From: Acidimicrobiia bacterium
Lineage (GTDB): Bacteria > Actinomycetota > Acidimicrobiia > Acidimicrobiales > Bin134
Assembly: GCA_022819825.1 (NCBI GenBank)
Contig: JAJEGM010000053.1
Span: 3,722-67,721 of the forward strand
Length of the DNA: 64,000 nt
Direction of reading: 5' to 3'
Shown here: piece by piece, positions 1 through 8,183 of the stretch
Numbering within the stretch: the first letter of the stretch is position 1
How the letters are laid out: each line of letters begins with the position of its first letter
Notes under the pieces: model-generated
Database searches by the model: none
Told to the model about the DNA's origin: nothing
Seen by the model: only the letters and a program-made list of their open reading frames with translations
Position numbers and translations under genes: made by a program

Positions 1-1
1 C

Positions 2-283
2 ACCAGGACCGACCTCGACGACTTCGTCGCCTGCTACAACCCCGGCAACCGCCACCAGCGCCAAGAGTCCGAGCGCTTCAAGCGCTACACCTACGACGAG
101 CTCATCGCCCGAGACAAAGTCAGCCTCGACCTCTTCTGGCTCCGCGACGATTCCCTCGAAGATATCGACAACCTCCCCGCCCCCGCCCTCCTAGCCGCCG
201 AAATCGCCGAAGACCTCCAATCCGCCCTAACCGAAATCCAAGCCCTCGCTGAGAGCCTGTCGCGAGCAGATACTGCCTATTGA
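2..283 (+). CDS. hsdM: Type I restriction-modification methyltransferase subunit (HsdM), C-terminal fragment; 5' end outside window
   Basis: Frame 2 is open from the window edge to TGA 281-283. The tail ERFKRYTYDELIARDKVSLDLFWLRDDSLEDIDNLPAPALLAAEIAEDLQSALTEIQAL resembles the conserved HsdM C-terminus. Recognised by eye only. Confidence 0.6.
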   Translation, partial: TRTDLDDFVACYNPGNRHQRQESERFKRYTYDELIARDKVSLDLFWLRDDSLEDIDNLPAPALLAAEIAEDLQSALTEIQALAESLSRADTAY

Positions 284-492
284 GGTGGCCACTTCACACC
301 AGGCTGAGGCAGTGGCTTGCCTTCGGCCAACAGGTTCTCGATGGCCTCAGCGACCACAGATCGGATACCTGATTCTGCCGCTTCTCGGTCGGGTTCCAGC
401 CAGCTGATCAGGGGAAACCCATCGCACAGGCCGATCCACTCGCCATCCTCTTCAGACCACTCGGTCCAGAAGCGGTATTGATCAAGCTTCAT
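277..492 (-). CDS. HicB-like antitoxin family protein (no HicA partner seen)
   Basis: 71-aa ORF. YRFWTEWSEEDGEWIGLCDGFPLISWLEPDREAAESGIRSVVAEAIENLLAEGKPLPQP matches the short HicB-type pattern (WSEEDG..., ...GxPxPxP). Its stop overlaps the convergent hsdM stop by 7 bp. Confidence 0.6.
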   Translation of the reverse strand: MKLDQYRFWTEWSEEDGEWIGLCDGFPLISWLEPDREAAESGIRSVVAEAIENLLAEGKPLPQPGVKWPPQ

Positions 493-529
493 CGGGCTCC
501 TTCAGGTCATGAACTGCCATCTGAGTGGC

Positions 530-955
530 TCAGGGGCGGTCGGGGTGGGTTATGGGCACCAGATCTAGGTCGGAGATAGCCGCGTAGTCGTCGGGGTTGG
601 CGGTGTAGAGGGGGAGTTGGTTGGCGATGGCGGTGGCGGCGATGAGGGCATCGTAAGCCCGAGCGGCGGGTTTGCGGCCAGCGCTGCGGAGGTCAGCGGC
701 GACTCTGCCGAAAACGCGGGCTGCGCTGGCGTCAAAGGGCACAACATCGAAGTCGGCTTCAGCTTGCTGGAGGTGAGCTTGGCGGCGGGCCCGCTCGGTG
801 TCGGTAGATGCCACAAGCGGCCCAACGGACAGCTCAGCCAACGTAACCGCAGTGATCGAAGAGTCTTGGGGCAACAGGTCAGGATCGGTCAGTTGCGGAA
901 GCAATAGCACGACGTTTGTGTCGAGGATGCCTCGGCCCTCTAATTCTGCGGTCAT
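530..955 (-). CDS. vapC: PIN-domain ribonuclease toxin VapC
   Basis: 141 aa with ILDTNVVLLL near the N-terminus and acidic PIN residues. ATGA 4-bp overlap with the upstream antitoxin gene. Confidence 0.85.
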   Translation of the reverse strand: MTAELEGRGILDTNVVLLLPQLTDPDLLPQDSSITAVTLAELSVGPLVASTDTERARRQAHLQQAEADFDVVPFDASAARVFGRVAADLRSAGRKPAARAYDALIAATAIANQLPLYTANPDDYAAISDLDLVPITHPDRP

Positions 956-1245
956 AGCGTCGGGTCGATGATCTCGTCGATGTCCCGGCGCATTCTGTCG
1001 GGGTCGACCGGGGGCAGATGGCGCCAGCGGTCAAGCAGAGTTGCCGGGTCTGGGCCCTTGCGACGCAAAGGTTGGAGTTCAGCCACTGGTCGCCCAGATC
1101 TGGTCACAATGATGCACTCGCCCTTCTGTACGCGATCGATGACATCGCCCCCTTGATTGCGAAGTTCCCGAATCGTGACATAGGCCACAGGCCAGAGTGT
1201 ATCACCCGTGAGACACTCTGCGGCATCTATCCGCTCATCAAGCAT
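952..1245 (-). CDS. Phd/YefM-type antitoxin (partner of VapC)
   Basis: VAYVTIRELRNQGGDVIDRVQKGECIIVTRSGRPVAELQPL is a typical Phd/YefM N-terminal domain. The real start may be GTG at 1188, which would give 79 aa. Confidence 0.8.
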   Translation of the reverse strand: MLDERIDAAECLTGDTLWPVAYVTIRELRNQGGDVIDRVQKGECIIVTRSGRPVAELQPLRRKGPDPATLLDRWRHLPPVDPDRMRRDIDEIIDPTL

Positions 1246-1265
1246 TCCGTTCTCCCGACTGCGCT

Positions 1266-1313
1266 ATTGACTTACAAGAATATATCTGTAATATACATAT
1301 ATATCAAAGACTA
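1266..1313. promoter_or_regulatory. AT-rich divergent promoter region with overlapping sigma70-like elements
   Basis: Plus strand: TTGACT (1267-1272), 16 nt, TAATAT (1289-1294), facing ORF 1365. Minus strand: TTGATA (complement of 1302-1307), 17 nt, TATATT (complement of 1279-1284), facing the phd-vapC operon. Roughly 20 percent GC in a high-GC context. Confidence 0.45.
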
Positions 1314-1364
1314 TCGCACCCAGCCATCAGGGCGCCCAGGCAAATCGCACAGCGAGGAAGATTC

Positions 1365-1739
1365 ATGATTGGCTCGGTCCTGACGGGGGTGACGATCGGT
1401 TGCTTCGGGTTGATGATGCTCAACCTGGGGTTGTACTTCCCGATCCTGAGGAACAAGTGGTACCGGCGGAAGCTGAAGAAGGTGCGAGCTGTTGGGCCTG
1501 ATGGGACGGTGGTTACCAAGGACGACATTCGGCGTGAGCTCATGCGGGATCCGGTGGCGTCTGACCTTTTTACTAGCGATGACACCCCTGATGACGTAGC
1601 CCGCTATCTGTTTCTAGAGGCCGAGCGGCGAGCCATGCTCCGGAAGTGCAACCGGCTCGACGACGACGAGAACGACTTCTTCGCCCCTCCCCGCCGCTCC
1701 GGCCCCGACCCTGGCTTCCGGGGGTGCAACGAGCTGTGA
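1365..1739 (+). CDS. Hypothetical small membrane-anchored protein
   Basis: GAGGAAG Shine-Dalgarno 5 nt before the ATG. Hydrophobic N-terminus IGSVLTGVTIGCFGLMMLNLGLYFPIL, then a basic stretch RNKWYRRKLKK, then an acidic tail. No family recognised. Confidence 0.6.
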   Translation: MIGSVLTGVTIGCFGLMMLNLGLYFPILRNKWYRRKLKKVRAVGPDGTVVTKDDIRRELMRDPVASDLFTSDDTPDDVARYLFLEAERRAMLRKCNRLDDDENDFFAPPRRSGPDPGFRGCNEL

Positions 1740-1804
1740 TCGGCACCGAACAGCCTGGTGGAATTTGTAGTTGTCGAGAACGAGGTAAGCCATACGCTGT
1801 TCCT

Positions 1805-2074
1805 ATGGGCGTGGCAGGGGATGCCGACGGCATTGTCGGATGCGATAAGGACATTCTGCGGATCGTTGGCGACCTTCCGGAGTCCATCACTCCGGCCGAA
1901 GAGTTTTATTCGGTGGTCGATCCAAAACAGGTGCTTGATGGGGAGACCGATTGGTGCTGGGACGAGATCGAGGCGTCATTGGGGTCGATCTCCGACACTG
2001 GGCATGAATGGGATGATGATCCTGCGGCATGGGTACGTGAGCAGCGGCGGGGAAAACGGGGACTAAACGGCTAA
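1805..2074 (+). CDS. Hypothetical acidic protein (89 aa)
   Basis: Only the downstream part of ORF 1646..2074 looks coding, from MGVAGDADG... to ...WDDDPAAWVREQRRGKRGLNG. The upstream part is Arg/Pro-rich and overlaps ORF 1365. Start choice is uncertain. Confidence 0.4.
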   Translation: MGVAGDADGIVGCDKDILRIVGDLPESITPAEEFYSVVDPKQVLDGETDWCWDEIEASLGSISDTGHEWDDDPAAWVREQRRGKRGLNG

Positions 2075-2159
2075 AGGTGCCCCCCCCCATTCCAGATTGG
2101 CTATTGATCTGGGCGTAATCTCACTCAGTCAGATTGAACTGCCGAGGAGCAACCTACGC

Positions 2160-3704
2160 ATGTATCCGGGACAGCACGCTCGTACTACGCCGGACAAGGC
2201 GGCGCAGATCATGGCCGGTACCGGGGAGGTCACCACTTACCGCGAGCTGGATGAGGCGGCCAACCGGCTGGCCCAGCTGCTGCACGAGCGTGGGCTGCGG
2301 GAGGGCGACCACATCTGCATTCTGGCTGAGAACCATCGCCGTTACTACGAGGTGTTCTGGGCGGCGATGACGTCGGGGCTGTACTTCACCACCATCAACC
2401 GCTATCTGTCGCCCGAGGAGGCGGCTTATGTGGTGAACGACAGCGGGTCGACCGCGCTGATAACCACGCAGGCGATGGCCAATACCGCTTCGCAGATGCT
2501 CGACCTCATCCCCGACTGCGGGGACAAACTGATGATGGACGATGCCGTGGACGGCTTTGAGTCGTATGAAGACGCCGTTGCCCCCATGTCGTCTGACCCG
2601 CTGTCCCGGCTGCCCAAGGGCGAGGTGATGCTGTACTCGTCGGGCACCACCGGCAGGCCCAAGGGAATCAAGCGCCCCCTGACCGGAGTGGAGGTACACG
2701 ATGCCAGCCTGTCGGGCATCGGCATGCTCGAGCACCACCTGCTCGGCATGGACGAGAACTCGGTGTACCTGAGCCCGGCGCCGCTCTATCACTCCGCCCC
2801 GCTGATGTACAGCGCCGGAGTTCACGAGCTAGGCGGCACGCTCGTGATCATGGACCGCTTCGACGCCGAGCGCTTCTTGGCCTATGTCGAGCAGTACTCG
2901 GTGACCGACACCCAGATGGTGCCCACCATGTTCATCCGCCTGCTCAAGCAGCCCGAGGAGGTTCGCAACCGCTACGACCTCTCGTCGCTGAAGATGGCGG
3001 TCCACGCCGCGGCGCCCTGCCCGGTGCCGGTCAAAGAGCAGATGATCGAGTGGTGGGGTCCGATCATCCAGGAGTACTACGCCGCCACCGAGGGCAACGG
3101 GCTGTGCTTTATCGGTGCCGAAGACTGGCTCGAGCACAAAGGGTCGGTGGGCAAGGCGATGATGGGAGTCCCCCACATCTGCGACGACGACGGCCGCGAG
3201 CTCGGCACCGGGGAGCCGGGGGTGGTCTATTTCGAGCAGGAAACCCCAACTTTCGAATATCACGACGACCCTGAGAAGACAAGGGAATCCCGCCATCCCC
3301 AGCACGACAACTGGTCCACGGTGGGCGACGTCGGATACCTCGACCCCGACGGCTACCTCTATCTCACCGACCGGGCGACGTTCATGATCATCAGCGGCGG
3401 GGTCAACATCTACCCCCAGGAGATTGAGGCCTGTTTCGCCCTGCACCCCCAGGTGGCCGACGTAGCGGTGTTTGGCCTGCCTGACGACGAGATGGGGGAG
3501 TACGTCCACGCGGTGGTGCAGTTAGAGGAAGGCATCGAGCCATCCGACGAGCTGGCCGAGGAGTTGCGGGCCTTCGCCCGACAGAACTTGGCCGGCTTCA
3601 AGGTGCCCCGGGTGGTGGACTTCCGGGCCGAGTTCCCCCGGCTGCCCACCGGCAAGCTCTACAAGAAGCCCCTGCGCGAGGAATACCTGGCCCGCCAGTC
3701 GTAG
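2160..3704 (+). CDS. Acyl-CoA synthetase (AMP-forming, FadD-like)
   Basis: AMP-binding motif YSSGTTGRPKGI, GDVGYLDPDGYLYLTDR, and a C-terminal PRLPTGKLYKK. GAGGAG lies upstream of the ATG at 2160 (ORF track opens at 2097). Confidence 0.9.
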   Translation: MYPGQHARTTPDKAAQIMAGTGEVTTYRELDEAANRLAQLLHERGLREGDHICILAENHRRYYEVFWAAMTSGLYFTTINRYLSPEEAAYVVNDSGSTALITTQAMANTASQMLDLIPDCGDKLMMDDAVDGFESYEDAVAPMSSDPLSRLPKGEVMLYSSGTTGRPKGIKRPLTGVEVHDASLSGIGMLEHHLLGMDENSVYLSPAPLYHSAPLMYSAGVHELGGTLVIMDRFDAERFLAYVEQYSVTDTQMVPTMFIRLLKQPEEVRNRYDLSSLKMAVHAAAPCPVPVKEQMIEWWGPIIQEYYAATEGNGLCFIGAEDWLEHKGSVGKAMMGVPHICDDDGRELGTGEPGVVYFEQETPTFEYHDDPEKTRESRHPQHDNWSTVGDVGYLDPDGYLYLTDRATFMIISGGVNIYPQEIEACFALHPQVADVAVFGLPDDEMGEYVHAVVQLEEGIEPSDELAEELRAFARQNLAGFKVPRVVDFRAEFPRLPTGKLYKKPLREEYLARQS

Positions 3705-3773
3705 CCGCCCGGCCTCCCCCGCCACCACACTCCCGGTTCCAGCCGGAATTACCCCGAAAGTTAGAGTAGGCAG

Positions 3774-4943
3774 ATGGCCTACACCGACGACGCGATCCGG
3801 GACCTGACCCGCCGGGTCTTCGGTCTGTGGCAGGACAACACCACCGATCTGGCCCCTGATGTGATGCGCCAGTCGGTTGACGCCTACCTCGACCAGGAGC
3901 GCTTCGAGTACGAGGTGGAGCGGATCTTCAAGCACCTGCCCCTGGCGTTGGCCCTCAGCTCCGAGCTTCCCGCCCCTGACACCTACAAAGCCATGGACGT
4001 CATGGGGGTGCCGGTGCTGCTCACCCGGGGGGCTGACGGCGCGGCCCGGGCGTTCCTCAACGTCTGCCGCCACCGGGGGTCGCCGCTGTGCGAGGCCGGG
4101 TCGACGGGGTCGGCGCAACGGCTGAGCTGTCCCTACCACGCATGGTCGTACGACACCGCTGGCGACCTCGTGGGCATGTTCGGCGCCCACACCTTCGGCG
4201 ACGTCGACCGCGACCACCTCTCGCTCACCCCACTGGCCTGCGCCGAGAAAGCCGGTTTCGTGTTCGCCAGCCTCACTCCCGGCATCACCTTCGACATCGA
4301 CGCCTTTCTGGGCGACTTCACCCCCTACGTCGCCGCCCTCGATCTCGACCAGTGGCACATTTTCGAGCAGCGCACCCTCGACGGCCCGGGCTGGAAGGTG
4401 GCCTGGGACGGCTACCTGGAGGGCTACCACCAGGAGCGGCTGCACCCCAAGACCGTGGGGCTGAACACCATCGGCAACCTCATGGCCCATGACACCTGGG
4501 GTCCGCACCAGCGCATCGTGTTCGGTCGAAAGTCGCTGCCCAAGCTGGTCGGCCAGCCTGAGGAGGAGTGGGATCTCGACGAGCACATCCGCCTGATCCA
4601 CTCGATCTTCCCCAACTTGTCGATCTCCGGGATCCTGGGCGACTACTGCCTGGTGAGCCAGCTGTTCCCCGGTTCAACGGTTGACACCAGCCTCACCATC
4701 CAGACCGTGCTGTGCCGCCACGAACCGTCCACCGATGAGGAGCGCGAAACAGCCGAGCAGTTCAGCGCCCTAGTGCTTCAAGCGGTGCGCGACGAGGACT
4801 ACTGGGTGGGCTTCCAGATCCAGAACGCCCTCAAGAGCGGCGCCACCGCCGAGGTTCTATTCGGGCGGAACGAGCCCAGCTTGCAGCACTACCACCACGC
4901 GGTGGAGCGATACGCCGAACTGAGCGTGGACCGAGAGAGCTAA
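3774..4943 (+). CDS. Rieske [2Fe-2S] aromatic-ring-hydroxylating oxygenase, alpha subunit type
   Basis: Rieske motif CRHRGSPLC...CPYHAWSY. Mononuclear-iron-like motif DGYLEGYHQERLH. No beta subunit gene is adjacent. Confidence 0.85.
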   Translation: MAYTDDAIRDLTRRVFGLWQDNTTDLAPDVMRQSVDAYLDQERFEYEVERIFKHLPLALALSSELPAPDTYKAMDVMGVPVLLTRGADGAARAFLNVCRHRGSPLCEAGSTGSAQRLSCPYHAWSYDTAGDLVGMFGAHTFGDVDRDHLSLTPLACAEKAGFVFASLTPGITFDIDAFLGDFTPYVAALDLDQWHIFEQRTLDGPGWKVAWDGYLEGYHQERLHPKTVGLNTIGNLMAHDTWGPHQRIVFGRKSLPKLVGQPEEEWDLDEHIRLIHSIFPNLSISGILGDYCLVSQLFPGSTVDTSLTIQTVLCRHEPSTDEERETAEQFSALVLQAVRDEDYWVGFQIQNALKSGATAEVLFGRNEPSLQHYHHAVERYAELSVDRES

Positions 4944-4984
4944 GCGTGCCGGGCGGCAAACTCCCGCCGCCCAACAACAACTAA

Positions 4985-6079
4985 CTAGGTAATACTCAGC
5001 ATCCGGTCGAGGGCGATGCGGGCATCGGCCGCAATGTCCGGCTCCACGGTGATGCGGTTGCGGACCCTGTCCTCCACCAGTCCCTCCAGCGTCCAGGCCA
5101 GATGGGCGGCGTCGATGCGGAACATCGTCGAGCACGGGCAGATCAGCGGGTCGAGCGACACCACCGTCTTGTCCGGGGTCTCGTCGTTCAGCCGGTTAAC
5201 CAAATGGATCTCAGTGCCCACCCCGATCACCGAACCGGCCGGAGCGGCGGCCACCGCTTTGATGATGTAGTCGGTGGAGCCCACCTGGTCGGCCACCGCG
5301 CACACCTCTCGGCTGCACTCGGGGTGGACCACCACGATCCCGTCGGGATGCTCGGCCCGAAACGCAGAAACGTGGTCGGGCTGGAACCGCTGGTGTACCG
5401 AGCAGTGCCCTCTCCACAGCAGGAGCACCGATTCCTTGCACTCGGCCTCGGTCAGCCCGCCCAGTTCGAAGCGGGGATTCCACACCGCCATGTCGTTCTC
5501 GTCGTAGCCCATGTCGAACCCGGTATTGCGCCCCAAATGCTGGTCGGGGAAGAACAGCACCTGATCGCCCCGCTCCAGCGCCCAGGTCAAAACCGCCTTG
5601 GCGTTGGACGATGTACACACCGCTCCGCCGTGGCGGGCCACGAACGCCTTCAGGTTGGCGGCCGAGTTCATGTAGGTGATGGGCACCACCCGGTCGATGT
5701 CGGTCACCCGGGCCAGCTCCTCCCAGGCCTCTTCCACCTGGTCGATGTCGGCCATGTCGGCCATCGAGCAGCCCGCGTTCAGGTCGGGGAGCACCACCTG
5801 CTGGTGGTCGCCGGTCAAGATGTCGGCCGACTCCGCCATGAAGTGAACGCCGCAGAACACGATGTAGGTGGCCTCGGGGCGCTGCTGGGCCAGCACCGAC
5901 AGCCGGAAGGAGTCGCCGCGGGCATCGGCCCAGGCCATCACCTCGTCGCGTTGGTAGTGATGCCCGAGAATGAATAGCCGATCGCCCAGGGTTCTCTTGG
6001 CGTCGCCAATCAACTCCGCCAACTGCGGGGGCGATGCCGTTGTGTACCGCTCTGGGAGCGGTCGCTGAACGCGCAACAT
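4985..6079 (-). CDS. nadA: Quinolinate synthase NadA
   Basis: LFILGHHYQRDEV, FCGVHFMAESADIL and CSMADMA are NadA-type motifs. Start placed at the ATG at 6079 (MLRVQRPL...), which has GGAGG upstream. The ORF-track extension to 6385 overlaps the uvrC start. Confidence 0.9.
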   Translation of the reverse strand: MLRVQRPLPERYTTASPPQLAELIGDAKRTLGDRLFILGHHYQRDEVMAWADARGDSFRLSVLAQQRPEATYIVFCGVHFMAESADILTGDHQQVVLPDLNAGCSMADMADIDQVEEAWEELARVTDIDRVVPITYMNSAANLKAFVARHGGAVCTSSNAKAVLTWALERGDQVLFFPDQHLGRNTGFDMGYDENDMAVWNPRFELGGLTEAECKESVLLLWRGHCSVHQRFQPDHVSAFRAEHPDGIVVVHPECSREVCAVADQVGSTDYIIKAVAAAPAGSVIGVGTEIHLVNRLNDETPDKTVVSLDPLICPCSTMFRIDAAHLAWTLEGLVEDRVRNRITVEPDIAADARIALDRMLSIT

Positions 6080-6305
6080 GTTTTGGGAACCTCCGTGAGG
6101 TACGGGAACTCCAATTAGCAGCCGGTGGGGACAGCCGGGTCGCCTCGCCACGGGGATGTCGGCCTTAGAGTTCGATATGTCGCTGGATACCCGGCCAGCG
6201 TGAATTGAAATCATAACCGCCTTGATCGGGCAATGAAAAGAGATGGATTGGGTGTCTTGAACCAAGGCAAACCGGCCACCGCCTGACTCGTAGGATGGGC
6301 AGGGC

Positions 6306-8174
6306 ATGTTGAACCGCCCGCCCCCCGGCACCATCCCCGACGCCGCGGGGTCGTACCAGTTCAAAGACCGCCACGGACGGCTCATCTACGTGGGCAAGGC
6401 CAAGAGCCTGCGGTCCCGGCTGGGCAGCTATTTCCAGAACCCGGCCTACCTGCCGCCTCGCACCGCTCAGATGGTGGCCGAGGCCGAGTCAGTGGAGTGG
6501 ATTCAGGTGGACACGGAGGTAGAGGCGCTGATGCTGGAGTACAGCCTCATCCAGCAGCATCAGCCTCGGTACAACGTCCGCTACCGCGACGACAAGAGCT
6601 ACCCGTTTCTCTGCGTGACCATGGTGGACGAGTGGCCCCGGGCCATGGTCATCCGGGGTCGCAAGCGCAAGGGAAACCGCTATTTCGGCCCCTACGGCCA
6701 CGCCTACGCCATTCGGGAGACCCTCGACCAGCTGCTGCGCACCTTCCCCATCCGCACATGCAGCGACAACAAGTTCAACCACCACGCTCGCCTCGGCCGG
6801 CCGTGCCTGCTGTACCACATCGAGAAGTGCGCCGGACCGTGCGTGGGCGAGGTGGAGCGGGGGCGCTACGACGAGATGGTGGACGACCTCCTGGCCTTTT
6901 TGGGCGGTGACACCGACGAAGTGGTGAAGCGGCTGGAGGACGACATGGCCCAGGCTTCGGCCGCTTTGGAGTTCGAGCAGGCCGCTCGGTGCCGAGACCG
7001 GCTAGCCACCGTGCGCAAGGCCATTGAGGGCCAAGAGATGGTGGGGGGCCGCTCCGAGGACTACGACGTGGTCGGCCTGGTGGACGACGAGTTGGAGGCG
7101 GCCTGCCAGGTGTTCTACGTGCGCAAGGGCCGGGTGATGGGCCGTCGGGGGTTCATCGTGGACAAAGCCGGTGACCTGGGCCGCGACGAGTTGGTGAGCC
7201 GGGTGCTGGAGCGGCTGTATTTCGAGGAGAACCCGCTGGGCAGCCCCAAGCAGGTGCTGGTTCCCGATCTGCCCCATAACCAGGAGCTGTACGAGGAGTG
7301 GCTGCGGGAGCAGCGGGGGTCCAGGGTGGCCATTGCCGTGCCCCAGCGGGGGACCAAGCGCAAGCTTCAGGAGACAGTGGCCCGTAATGCGGCCGACGCC
7401 TTCGCCCGCCACCGGCTCAAGCGGAGCACCGACCACAACAGCCGGGCGCGGGCCCTCAACGACCTCCAGGAATGCCTGGGCCTGCCCGAGGCCCCTCTGC
7501 GGATCGAGTGCTACGACATGAGCCACCTTCAGGGGTCCGATTACGTGGGCTCGATGGTGGTGATGGAGGACGGCTTGCCCCGCAAGTCGGAGTACCGCCG
7601 GTTCAAGGTGCGAACCGTGGGGGGCAACGACGACTACGCCGCCATGGAAGAGGTGCTCACCCGGCGGCTCACCAACTACCTGGACGAGCGGGACCGCCCG
7701 GTGGAGGAGAAGGGCAAGTTCGCCTACCCGCCGCAGCTCCTGGTGGTGGACGGTGGCAAGGGGCAGCTCGGCGTGGCCGAGCGGGTGCTGGCCGAACTGG
7801 GCCTGGACGGGGAGATCTTCCCCGCGGGGCTGGCCAAGGAGTTCGAGCAGGTCTATGTGCCCGGCCGGGCCGCTCCGGTGGAGATCCCGAGGCCGTCGGA
7901 GAGCCTGTACCTGCTCCAGCGCATCCGCGACGAGAGCCACCGCTTCGCCAACGACTACCACCGCCAGCTCAGGGGCAAGCGGATGACGAAATCCTCGCTA
8001 GACGGCATTGCCGGCCTCGGCCCCACCCGCCGTGCCCGGCTGGTGAAAGAGATGGGCGGGGTGCGGGCAGTGGAGCGGGCCTCGCTAGACGACCTGCTGG
8101 CCCTGAGCTGGCTCCCTGATGCGGTGGCTCATTCGATCCACGAGAAGCTCCACGGCCCACGAGCGGATCGGTAG
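6306..8174 (+). CDS. uvrC: Excinuclease ABC subunit C
   Basis: GIY-YIG N-terminus GSYQFKDRHGRLIYVGKAKSLRSRLGSY, UvrBC-interaction region, and a C-terminal HhH (GIAGLGPTRRARLVKEMGG). Confidence 0.95.
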   Translation: MLNRPPPGTIPDAAGSYQFKDRHGRLIYVGKAKSLRSRLGSYFQNPAYLPPRTAQMVAEAESVEWIQVDTEVEALMLEYSLIQQHQPRYNVRYRDDKSYPFLCVTMVDEWPRAMVIRGRKRKGNRYFGPYGHAYAIRETLDQLLRTFPIRTCSDNKFNHHARLGRPCLLYHIEKCAGPCVGEVERGRYDEMVDDLLAFLGGDTDEVVKRLEDDMAQASAALEFEQAARCRDRLATVRKAIEGQEMVGGRSEDYDVVGLVDDELEAACQVFYVRKGRVMGRRGFIVDKAGDLGRDELVSRVLERLYFEENPLGSPKQVLVPDLPHNQELYEEWLREQRGSRVAIAVPQRGTKRKLQETVARNAADAFARHRLKRSTDHNSRARALNDLQECLGLPEAPLRIECYDMSHLQGSDYVGSMVVMEDGLPRKSEYRRFKVRTVGGNDDYAAMEEVLTRRLTNYLDERDRPVEEKGKFAYPPQLLVVDGGKGQLGVAERVLAELGLDGEIFPAGLAKEFEQVYVPGRAAPVEIPRPSESLYLLQRIRDESHRFANDYHRQLRGKRMTKSSLDGIAGLGPTRRARLVKEMGGVRAVERASLDDLLALSWLPDAVAHSIHEKLHGPRADR

Positions 8175-8183
8175 CCTGAGGTC

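Noticed and set aside
1646-1804. Upstream part of ORF 1646..2074
   Set aside because: It is an Arg/Pro-rich segment overlapping the better-supported ORF 1365..1739. Only the portion from the ATG at 1805 looks coding.
3522-4601. 359-aa antisense ORF opposite the Rieske oxygenase and acyl-CoA ligase genes
   Set aside because: Its composition is Gly/Ala/Arg/Val/Pro-rich, typical of the non-coding frame of high-GC genes. It fully overlaps genes that have clear catalytic motifs.
6080-6305. nadA-motif NAD+ riboswitch upstream of nadA
   Set aside because: I could not find the tandem conserved domains I associate with that motif. The class is mainly known from other phyla. The region is kept only as an unexplained leader.
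6080-6385. N-terminal 102-codon extension of the nadA ORF
   Set aside because: The extension overlaps the uvrC start and divergent promoter region and has no NadA similarity. An internal ATG at 6079 with a GGAGG Shine-Dalgarno gives a normal-length NadA.
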